Shown: piece by piece, positions 16,901 to 23,837 of the stretch
How the letters are laid out: each line of letters opens with the position of its first letter
Numbering within the stretch: the first letter of the stretch is position 1
Source: Nostoc punctiforme PCC 73102
GTDB lineage: Bacteria; Cyanobacteriota; Cyanobacteriia; Cyanobacteriales; Nostocaceae
Length of the DNA: 32,000 bases
Direction of reading: 5' to 3'
Assembly: GCF_000020025.1 (NCBI RefSeq)
Contig: NC_010628.1
Location: forward strand, 3,090,001-3,122,000
Program-made: the position numbers and the translations under genes
Notes under the pieces: generated by a model
Told to the model about the DNA's origin: nothing
Seen by the model: the letters and a program-made list of their open reading frames with translations, nothing else
Databases searched by the model: none

Positions 16901-17302
16901 TCCGCCGCCGTCTACGAAATGCGACTCCAAGACAAACAAGCCTTACCCGCCGATGAATTTCACCAAGTCGCCATGTCTTTGTCAGACGAGAAATACAAAA
17001 TGGTAGTCAGCCGTCAGTGGCAAGATGACAAAGGTGAAGCCAAAAAAGAATGGTACTTCCGCCACGATAAAATCATGGACTTCTTCTTAGTGCAGAACTT
17101 TTTGGGCGAAACTGATGCCGCCGAAGGACTATTAGTTGATAGAATGGGCGATCCGCGTTTTCGTGGCGTTTATTTCTTGCTAGCAACCTTACTTCCTTTA
17201 GATGCAGCCAAAGAACTGCGAGAAGATTTGATTCAATACGCGGCTGATACCAAAGACAATACGGTGAGTAATACCTTTGTACAGTTGTTACGGACTAGAT
17301 AA
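14000..17302 (+). CDS. Large membrane-associated protein with an N-terminal hydrophobic/signal-like segment, 12 HEAT-like repeats, two hydrophobic segments and a NACHT-like P-loop NTPase (STAND type)
   Basis: ATG at 14000; the ORF track starts at an in-frame TTG at 13988. The signal-like N-terminus is SLFFLFCFTLLLTLFLSLPWVNA. Twelve 35-aa repeats read LKDKSVDxxVRxxAAxALGNLGEAAKPYVKDILD. Hydrophobic segments are ITILTHAAFWLLLIFAY and ILGMGYVGFLLTWVPFF. NTPase motifs are Walker A GDSGLGKS (~16247-16270), Walker B IDICIDGLNEV (~16430-16460), IIMTTQP (TSRP-like) and ..WYFRHDKIMDFFLVQ (winged-helix-like). Confidence 0.85.
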   Translation: MLTIPRHTSRSLFFLFCFTLLLTLFLSLPWVNAKETPKPKPQDWQINGIVAALDDGHDQVKKSAFDKLNEYDLQNLKSVVEKPENIADKAFNILKDKSVDSDVRSSAAVALGNLGEAAKPYVKDILDILKDKSVDINVRSSAAEALGNLGEAAKPYVKDILDILKDKSVDSDVRSGAAKALGNLGEAAKPYVKDILDFLKDKSVDSYVRSDAAEALGNLGEAAKPYVKDILDFLKDKSVDKDVRSGAAEALGNLGEAAKPYVKDILDFLKDKSVDKDVRSGAAEALGNLGEAAKPYVKDILDILKDKSVDSYVRSGAAEALGNLGEAAKPYVKDIADILKDKSVDSNVRYGAASALGNLGEAAKPYVKDILDFLKDKSVDSGVRSGAAVALGNLGEAAKPYVKDILDILKDKSVDINVRSSAAEALGNLGEAAKPYVKDIADILKDKSVDSGVRYGAAVALGNLGDAAKPYVKDILDFLKDKSVNSYVPYGAAVALGKIKQLELNEIVVILDSVYYAGQSEFARWRFLTYFLGGGTDEVKTLLTWLGFPKKIPASLPHDQGVKTLNIFAQAWEPSQDFARLREDLAKQIAVVARKVSWQPQDIVILETHYKNLKKAGYSETDSLQAAIVNLKGWQWFFNARITILTHAAFWLLLIFAYPKSPQIQAIFFWNPWVRRILGMGYVGFLLTWVPFFRRKLLEPFKPSLLADAGLDNFHDQSYFPQSQVKVTSGDILPITAALPSIKGQIILEGDSGLGKSMFLRHLLQNQERIVVYLPAQKCDKGVIEAIQEKLHGQAQDAGFLKNLIYSGAIDICIDGLNEVTAETRAKICQFVESYFRGNIIMTTQPLEWTPPSTAKTYYLQPLEQSQIQEFLLSRQQRLPKDAKIQGADYAQACTNYLTEVLKDQQAQEELEAARRILSNPMDLTVVALMLSQGKHPNLFRLQEQQYNLMAAEYLKEWNQEFPLKKFSAAVYEMRLQDKQALPADEFHQVAMSLSDEKYKMVVSRQWQDDKGEAKKEWYFRHDKIMDFFLVQNFLGETDAAEGLLVDRMGDPRFRGVYFLLATLLPLDAAKELREDLIQYAADTKDNTVSNTFVQLLRTR
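14270..15495. repeat. Intragenic tandem repeat, ~11.6 x 105 bp (HEAT-like units), with very high nucleotide identity
   Basis: GCCAAACCCTACGTCAAAGAC recurs every 105 nt (14351, 14456, 14561 ...). It generates spurious long ORFs in the other + frame and on the - strand. Confidence 0.95.
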
Positions 17303-17329
17303 GTGGGCATGATTATTTTCTTTGTGTTT

Positions 17330-17530
17330 TAGAGGATGTTTGAAAAGTTCTTAGTGATGTATCAAATCCTTTTAGATCCCCCTAAATCCCCCTTAAAAAG
17401 GGGGACTTTGAAAGCTTTTTGCCCCCCTTTTTAAGGGGGGTTGGGGGGATCAAAAGCTTATGGGGCAACTCTCAAAGACTTATGTGTACACCGTAACTTT
17501 TTAAGGGAGGTTAGGGGGGATCAATAAGTG
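17330..17530. repeat. Dispersed hairpin element copy C (+ orientation)
   Basis: It begins 28 nt after the stop of the NTPase gene and is the inverted partner of copy B. It contains CCCCCTTAAAAAGGGGG and CCCCCCTTTTTAAGGGGGG hairpins. Confidence 0.85.
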
Positions 17531-17620
17531 TCTAAAATCACAGCCAAATACTTTTTAAACAACCTCTTGAGCAAAGTTGCATAGCACCACAAAGTTAATT
17601 TAGGGGATAATCATAACCGA

Positions 17621-19213
17621 TCATTCATGTTCTATTGCGATCGCTCTTGGGGCATCGCCAACTGTTGCCAGTTGTACTGTAAATGTGGAACCTTCATATA
17701 ATTTACTTTTTACAGAAATAGATCCCCCACAGCGCAGCAGCAATTGCTGTACTATTGTTAACCCCAAGCCAGCACCAGCATAATCTTCTGTAGCTGATGT
17801 ACGCACACGATAAAATCGCTCAAAGATTTTAGCAATCTCGCTTTCGGCAATACCAATCCCTGTATCGCGGAATTCTAATTGGACATAATCGCCTTGAAGA
17901 CGGGCACGCACCCATACTTCACCCCCATTAGGAGTAAACTTAATGCTGTTGTGCAGCAGATTAATTACAATCTGCCTCAGCCCACCACTCACACACCAAA
18001 TAGATGGCAGTTCAGTGGGTACGGTGTAGGCTAGCATAATCCCTTTTTCTTGGGCTAAAGGTTGGTACGTACTAACTACTCCAGGTACAATATCTGAGAG
18101 CCGCACCGACTCCAAAACCATCCCCTCCAAATTACGTTCTAGTTGCACCAGTTCCAACAAACCTGTAATTAAAGAATTTTGTTGATCGCACTGGGTATTT
18201 AACATCTGTAAATAGCGTTGTCGCTGCGTAGGTTTGAGATTAGGAGAATTCAATAACGAAAGTGCTGTTTTGATATGCGTCAGGGGTATACGCAATTCCT
18301 GACAGAGATTTTTCAGATATTCATCTTGCAATTGTTCTTTGTTGTGCAGTTCTTGATTTATCTGCTGCAACTTGGTGGTGCGAGCTGTGATGATTTGGCG
18401 ATTAATTTCATCCTGTCGCAGGAGTTGTTTTGCAAATAGTTGACTCATCGTTGCCGCTTCCGGCATCGTTGGACAAATAAAATCAGCAGGTACAATTGGC
18501 GATGATTCTGGCGCGTAGACACCTGGTAGCTTGTCGTTAGATATCGCTTTTTGGATACCATTTAATACTTGCTGAATTACTCTTCCCTCAACAGTGGTGA
18601 TAATCAGCAATGGCTGATTTTTATTAGAATTTACCTTCCCTAATGTCTGATTTTTGCGTTTTTTAAGTGGTCGATGAGCCAAAATTAAACTACAAAACTG
18701 GGGTGATAACACCATCAAAAAGTTTTCCCGTCGCAGTTGGCTATCTGGTGGCAGGTGAACGGTGACATGATGAGTAGATGAGAAAGATGAGGGGGAAGGG
18801 TGCAAAGGAGAGGAATTTTCCCCCTGTTCGCTGCCCCCTGCTCCACTTCGGCTCCCTTCTCTACGAGAGGCTGCGCCAACGGCTTCGCTCAGGGCAGGAC
18901 GCTCAGTGACCACCTGCTCCCTGCCCCCTGCTTCCTCATCTCCCTGTTTTTCATTTTCGTCAAGCTGGCAAGTATAGATGATACTAAACGCACCCACTGA
19001 GGATTGGTAACGCGCTAATTCTGATTGCCAAATTTTTTCTGGTGGTAGCTTCACCCATAAAGTGGCTGCAATTTGCTGCTCAATTAGTAAGTCAATTTGC
19101 GCTCTCACCAGTGATAGCAGAGTCGCAGGACTGAGGGACAATGGTTTTGGAGGCACTTGCACTCCCATAACCAGTTGATAAACAGACAGATCCTTAGCCA
19201 GAGAAACATTCAT
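17621..19213 (-). CDS. Sensor histidine kinase (N-terminal sensory domain + HisKA + HATPase_c)
   Basis: H-box ELRIPLTHIKTALSLL, N-box LLHNSIKFT, G1 DTGIGI and G2 GAGLGL are present. The N-terminal domain is interrupted by a low-complexity, repeat-encoded insert. Confidence 0.9.
   Translation of the reverse strand: MNVSLAKDLSVYQLVMGVQVPPKPLSLSPATLLSLVRAQIDLLIEQQIAATLWVKLPPEKIWQSELARYQSSVGAFSIIYTCQLDENEKQGDEEAGGREQVVTERPALSEAVGAASRREGSRSGAGGSEQGENSSPLHPSPSSFSSTHHVTVHLPPDSQLRRENFLMVLSPQFCSLILAHRPLKKRKNQTLGKVNSNKNQPLLIITTVEGRVIQQVLNGIQKAISNDKLPGVYAPESSPIVPADFICPTMPEAATMSQLFAKQLLRQDEINRQIITARTTKLQQINQELHNKEQLQDEYLKNLCQELRIPLTHIKTALSLLNSPNLKPTQRQRYLQMLNTQCDQQNSLITGLLELVQLERNLEGMVLESVRLSDIVPGVVSTYQPLAQEKGIMLAYTVPTELPSIWCVSGGLRQIVINLLHNSIKFTPNGGEVWVRARLQGDYVQLEFRDTGIGIAESEIAKIFERFYRVRTSATEDYAGAGLGLTIVQQLLLRCGGSISVKSKLYEGSTFTVQLATVGDAPRAIAIEHE
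18815..18950. repeat. Dispersed repeat inserted in frame in the kinase CDS: a hairpin-element core flanked by C-rich CTGCCCCCTGCT(C/T)C runs
   Basis: The reverse complement of 18845-18876 is ggcgcagcctctcgtagagaagggagccgaag. This is near-identical to 28030-28061 inside the nrdJ intron. Confidence 0.8.
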
Positions 19214-19333
19214 GAGTCAAGCACAATAAGGATGAAGCAAGAAATAATTCTGTCTCGATTTTCACCTTTATCTGTCCATCTTTTACAAAAACCCTACGGA
19301 AAGAAACATTAACTATAAAAAAATCTACCCATA

Positions 19334-19408
19334 GGGGGAAGGGGAGAAGGGGGTAGGGGAGCAGGGGGCAGGGGGTAGGGGAAGCAGGGGGAGCAAGGGG
19401 AGCAAGGG
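19334..19408. repeat. G-run-rich tandem repeat, (GGGG/GGGGG separated by 2-5 nt) x ~10, upstream of the kinase gene
   Basis: Read directly: gggggaaggggagaagggggtaggggagcagggggcagggggtaggggaagcagggggagcaaggggagcaaggg. Confidence 0.9.
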
Positions 19409-19505
19409 AAGAAAAACTATTGATTATTAGCCCATTCCCCATACTTCGACTGCGCTCAGTACAAGTTCCTTATGCCCAATTCCCAATGCCCTATGCCCAA
19501 ATAAA

Positions 19506-21008
19506 TTAAGCTTGGCTATTAAGTCTTTGCTGTAAAGCGTCGCGTGCGTGTTCTCGGTCGTCAAAATGGATTTTTTCGGTGCCGAGAATTTGGTAGTCTT
19601 CGTGACCTTTACCAGCAAGCAGCACTCCATCACCTGGTTGTGCTTGTAAAATAGCAGTACGAATTGCAGTAGCCCGATCGCAAATTACCATTGGTTTTAC
19701 TGTTTGGGCAATTCCCGCCAAAACGTCTTCTAAAATCCGTTCTGGGTTTTCTGTGCGAGGATTATCTGATGTCACCACTGCCACATCAGCTAATTCAGCA
19801 GCAATTCTACCCATAATTGGGCGCTTAGTGCGATCGCGATCGCCGCCACAACCAAACACGCAAATTACCTTCCCAGGTATAAATGGACGTGCAGCTTTCA
19901 GCAAGTTTTCCAAGCTATCGGGTGTGTGGGCATAATCCACAATCACGCTAATATCCTGGTCAGAATTAATCTGTACCCGTTCCATTCGTCCGGGAACTCC
20001 GGGAAACTCAGGTATTACAGATGCCACTAACTGCAAATCTAGCCCTAAGTGTAAAGCTGCTCCTACGGCTGCTAAAAGATTTTCTAAATTATATTGTCCG
20101 ACTAGTGGCGATCGAAAAGCTACGTCACCTTTTGGTGTATGTAATATCCCACTGACACCATTCGGCTCGTAACTTAAATCACTCATCCATAAATCAGCGC
20201 TATTGTCGTTGACGCTATAACTCCAAACCCGTTCGGAATCTAAGGAGGCAATTAACCGCTTTCCGTAAGAGTCATCAGCATTAATTATTGCCCGTCCCTT
20301 GAGATAATCAGGGCTAAACAACAACGCTTTAGCGGCAAAGTAATCTTCCATATCGCGGTGATAGTCGAGATGGTCTTGAGTCAGATTACTAAATACCGCT
20401 ACCTCAAATTGACAGCCCAGCACTCTACCTTGAGCCAAAGCGTGAGAACTTACTTCCATCACCCCGAACTCACTACCAGCATTTACAGCCTCTGCCAGTT
20501 GCTGTTGCAGTTCCACTGCAAAGGGTGTAGTGTGGGCAGCAGTTTGCTCAAAACCTGCCCAACGAGTGTAGAGAGTTCCCATCAAAGCTGTGGCGAGATT
20601 AGCTTTGATCAGAAGAAATTCAATAATATGGGTAGTTGTAGTTTTGCCATTGGTACCAGTCACGCCTACCAGCTTGAGTTTTTGCCCTGGATAACCATAA
20701 AAAGCACTAGCTATCTGGGCACAAGCTTGAGTTATGTTACTTGCACTGATGACCACAGCCTCATTTGTGGGGGGATTTTTTTGTGCAGCTTCGGGAGAAA
20801 CGATCGCAGCCACAGCCCCCGATGCGATCGCACTTTGCCAAAATTCCCCACCATCAACCCGCGTTCCTGGCATCCCAATAAACAAATCTCCCACACCACA
20901 AGCATGGGAATTGGTCTTCAAACCCCTAACTTCCACATCCTCCAAAGTCGGATGACTAGCCAATTGTTCAACACTGTCTACCGCCGTTAGTAATTCCCGC
21001 AATTTCAT
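19506..21008 (-). CDS. murE: UDP-N-acetylmuramoyl-L-alanyl-D-glutamate--2,6-diaminopimelate ligase
   Basis: 500-aa ORF with the Mur ligase P-loop GVTGTNGKTTT and the meso-DAP-specific DNPR motif (VTSDNPRTENP). Confidence 0.95.
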   Translation of the reverse strand: MKLRELLTAVDSVEQLASHPTLEDVEVRGLKTNSHACGVGDLFIGMPGTRVDGGEFWQSAIASGAVAAIVSPEAAQKNPPTNEAVVISASNITQACAQIASAFYGYPGQKLKLVGVTGTNGKTTTTHIIEFLLIKANLATALMGTLYTRWAGFEQTAAHTTPFAVELQQQLAEAVNAGSEFGVMEVSSHALAQGRVLGCQFEVAVFSNLTQDHLDYHRDMEDYFAAKALLFSPDYLKGRAIINADDSYGKRLIASLDSERVWSYSVNDNSADLWMSDLSYEPNGVSGILHTPKGDVAFRSPLVGQYNLENLLAAVGAALHLGLDLQLVASVIPEFPGVPGRMERVQINSDQDISVIVDYAHTPDSLENLLKAARPFIPGKVICVFGCGGDRDRTKRPIMGRIAAELADVAVVTSDNPRTENPERILEDVLAGIAQTVKPMVICDRATAIRTAILQAQPGDGVLLAGKGHEDYQILGTEKIHFDDREHARDALQQRLNSQA

Positions 21009-21061
21009 GTTGTGAACCTCGTCACATTCTTAATCTTGCGCTTATTCTGCATTATTTTTTT

Positions 21062-21337
21062 CTAATTGGCTAAATACTTACGCAACATTTGCTCCAACTG
21101 TTGCACACTAGCACGAGGAGAAGGACGCGGCAATGGTTTTTCCTCTGTGTCCTCTGCGCCTCTATGGTTCGATAAATAAAGTACTGGCACTTCATACTCA
21201 TACGCACTGAACCAATCGTCACGAGTCGTAATATCCCTAATTTCCAACTCGAAACTGAGATTTTGGATTTTTTCTAGCTTTTCTTGCAATCCTTCGCATA
21301 AATGACAGCCGGGTTTACTGTATAAAATTAATCGCAT
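21062..21337 (-). CDS. Glutaredoxin-like (thioredoxin-fold, DUF836-type) small protein
   Basis: 91-aa ORF with MRLILYSKPGCHLCEG (a CxxC motif after beta1). It carries a repeat-encoded segment, NHRGAEDTEE. Confidence 0.75.
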   Translation of the reverse strand: MRLILYSKPGCHLCEGLQEKLEKIQNLSFELEIRDITTRDDWFSAYEYEVPVLYLSNHRGAEDTEEKPLPRPSPRASVQQLEQMLRKYLAN

Positions 21338-21434
21338 TTGAGTTGGGGTAAAAAGTTATAAGTTTTAGAATAACGTAGACGTTTCGGCTTGCCGCAGGCT
21401 ACCACAGAGGCGCAGAGGACGCAGAGGAGGAGAA

Positions 21435-21623
21435 ATGAGAAGAGAAGGGTTTGATGTGGGTGAGTATGTTGATCTTATGGCGTTGTTGTTAGATTTGCAG
21501 CTAAGAGATGAGTATCGGGATGAGGTAGTGGCAAATTTTGAGAGAATTAGTGCGATCGCTAATCTTGTAAATTCATTCCCTTTACCAGAAGAAATTGAAG
21601 TTGCACCAGTTTTTGAACCATAA
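21435..21623 (+). CDS. AtzG-like small protein (DUF4089), putative partner subunit of the AtzE-like amidase
   Basis: 62-aa ORF. The pattern YVDLMALLLDLQL..EYRDEVVANFERISAIANLVNSFPLPEEIEVAPVFEP matches my recollection of the AtzG/GatC-like family. An AtzE-like amidase gene lies 0.7 kb downstream. Confidence 0.55.
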   Translation: MRREGFDVGEYVDLMALLLDLQLRDEYRDEVVANFERISAIANLVNSFPLPEEIEVAPVFEP

Positions 21624-21725
21624 TTGCTTCCAGAATAGCTATGTTGATGTTTTAGTGATTTTACTGAGTTTGCAATATAACTAGCGATCCTAAAATATTG
21701 ACCGACTATACCTTGGAAAAATCAG

Positions 21726-22352
21726 ATGAATAATTTCAATGCTGCTAGTTCATTGAAATCTGTAGGTGTTGGTAGATTATTGGTGCGGTTGCTTTGGGTG
21801 CTGTTAGGATTTGGTATTGCTTCTACACTATTTTCTTTGTTAGAAGTCATGGCAAAGCCACTTTATCAGCTACTTACTTCTATTGATAAACTGGTAGGAA
21901 TAGTTTTATTATTTATCAGTTTAATTTCAATTATTGTTTTTTTGATTTGGCTATATCGTCTCCATGCCGATTTAAAAAATCTCTTCAAGGAATATCTGAT
22001 TACACCAGGAGGTGCGATCGCACGATTCATAATTCCTATATATAGCCTTTGGGGAATAGCCAACACGTTGTCTACATTTGCCGATCGATTTAAAGCAGAA
22101 GGTGGTGATTTAACACGTTTAAGTGAACAAGTGCGATCGTTAATCGGGCCGCTATATGGTTTTATGATCGGGTCAAACGTTTTGAATCGGATCGCTCTTA
22201 GAATAGCTGTTAAAAATCCTCAAGATGAGTTTCTGCCTTTTTGGTTTTTATTATCTTGTATTTTAGAGTTAGGTTCTACGGCTATTTTGCTACAACTAGC
22301 AAAAACTATGCAGACTGCTATTATTCAAAAAGCTAAAAGCGCTATCTCTTAA
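21726..22352 (+). CDS. Hypothetical multi-pass membrane protein (DUF4328-like)
   Basis: 208-aa ORF with about 4-5 hydrophobic helices and an IIVFLIWLYRLHADLKNL motif. Confidence 0.5.
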   Translation: MNNFNAASSLKSVGVGRLLVRLLWVLLGFGIASTLFSLLEVMAKPLYQLLTSIDKLVGIVLLFISLISIIVFLIWLYRLHADLKNLFKEYLITPGGAIARFIIPIYSLWGIANTLSTFADRFKAEGGDLTRLSEQVRSLIGPLYGFMIGSNVLNRIALRIAVKNPQDEFLPFWFLLSCILELGSTAILLQLAKTMQTAIIQKAKSAIS

Positions 22353-22362
22353 ATATTTCAGT

Positions 22363-23769
22363 ATGAATTTTGATTCCGTCGATGCCATAACAATATCAGC
22401 TGCTGTACGCGAAGGCAAAGTTAGCGCTGTGGAAGTTACTAAAGCTGCGTTAGCACGAATCGCAACGCGGAATCATTTATTCAATTGTTTTACGGCTATA
22501 ACTGCTGAGACAGCTTTAACAGATGCAGCCCGCATTGACAGGGAAATTACCCAAGGTAATAATCCGGGAACCCTTGCTGGTGTCCCTTTTGCGGTGAAAA
22601 ATCTCTTCGATATTGCTGGTTTAACGACTCTGGCGGGGTCAAAAATCAATGCAGATAACCCAGCCGCTACCCAAGATGCAACAGCAATAGCGAAGCTGAA
22701 ACAAGCGGGTGCTGTGCTGGTTGGCGCTTTGAATATGGATGAGTACGCTTATGGGTTTGTGACAGAAAACTCCCATTACGGTGCTACTCACAACCCCCAT
22801 GATTTACAGCGAGTTGCTGGTGGTTCATCGGGTGGTTCGGCGGCGGCTGTTGCTGCTGGGTTAGTACCTCTGACGCTGGGTTCTGATACTAATGGTTCAA
22901 TTCGCGTTCCGGCGGCGTTGTGTGGCGTTTTTGGTTTGAAGCCAACCTATGGAAGGTTATCTCGTGCTGGGGTAGCTTTATTTTCTAGCAGTTTTGATCA
23001 CATTGGCCCTTTTGCCCGTTCGGTGCAAGATATTGCTACGGTGTTTGATGTGCTTCAAGGAGAAGACGATCGCGATCCAATTTGCACAAAGCGTCCGCCT
23101 GAATTGGTTTTACCACAACTCAAACAAGATATTTCTGATATCAGAATTGCCATTGCTGCTGATTATTTCACCAAAGGCGCGGAACCGGAAGCTTTAGCAG
23201 CAGTGCAAAAGGTAGCTGATGCTTTGAATGTTACTGAATACGTAACCATACCAGAAGCACACCGCGCCCGTGCAGCAGCTTTTGTGATTACAGCTAGCGA
23301 GGGCGCAAATCTGCATTTGGATAAATTGCGTAGGCAAAGCCCACCGAAGGTATCGCGTCCTCAAGATTTCGATCCAGCGACACGCGATCGCTTTTTGGCT
23401 GGGGCGTTAATTCCTAGTAGCTGGTATCTGCAAGCACAACGCTTTAGAAAATGGTATCGCGATCGCGTTCGGGAAGTTTTTCAAAATGTCGATGTAATTC
23501 TTGCCCCAACTACACCAATTTCTGCACCGCTAATTGGTCAACAAACTATGATTTTGGATGGGGAAGAGATTCTTGTCCGTCCTCATTTAGGATTATTTAC
23601 TCAACCATTATCTTTTATTGGTTTACCAGTTTTATCAGTACCAATTCAGCGTCCAAATGCCTTACCTTTAGGTGTGCAATTGATAGCAGCACCATATAAT
23701 GAAGCGTTAATTTTACGGGTTGCGGCTGCGTTAGAGGTAAAGGGTGTAGTTTCAGCACCAATAGTCTAG
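22363..23769 (+). CDS. Amidase-signature family amidohydrolase (AtzE-like / GatA-related)
   Basis: 468-aa ORF with the amidase signature GGSSGGSAAAVAAGL, the Ser-cisSer-Lys context (FAVKNL..., GSDTNGSIRVPA) and an AtzE-like NMDEYAYGF..EN.HYG block. Confidence 0.85.
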   Translation: MNFDSVDAITISAAVREGKVSAVEVTKAALARIATRNHLFNCFTAITAETALTDAARIDREITQGNNPGTLAGVPFAVKNLFDIAGLTTLAGSKINADNPAATQDATAIAKLKQAGAVLVGALNMDEYAYGFVTENSHYGATHNPHDLQRVAGGSSGGSAAAVAAGLVPLTLGSDTNGSIRVPAALCGVFGLKPTYGRLSRAGVALFSSSFDHIGPFARSVQDIATVFDVLQGEDDRDPICTKRPPELVLPQLKQDISDIRIAIAADYFTKGAEPEALAAVQKVADALNVTEYVTIPEAHRARAAAFVITASEGANLHLDKLRRQSPPKVSRPQDFDPATRDRFLAGALIPSSWYLQAQRFRKWYRDRVREVFQNVDVILAPTTPISAPLIGQQTMILDGEEILVRPHLGLFTQPLSFIGLPVLSVPIQRPNALPLGVQLIAAPYNEALILRVAAALEVKGVVSAPIV

Positions 23770-23837
23770 TAAGAATTTAGAATTTAGAATCCAGAATTAA
23801 TAAACGCCAGATTCTAAATCAATGGTTGGGCTATCCA

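Noticed and set aside
19194-19633. Small ORFs 19194-19442 (-) and 19427-19633 (-)
   Set aside because: The first is encoded by the G/C-run repeat (PLAPPASPTPCPLLPYPLLPFP). The second overlaps the murE 3' end in another frame. Neither looks like a real gene.
20358-20990. 210-aa + strand ORF antisense to murE
   Set aside because: murE on the - strand has unambiguous Mur ligase motifs. The antisense translation has no recognisable features.
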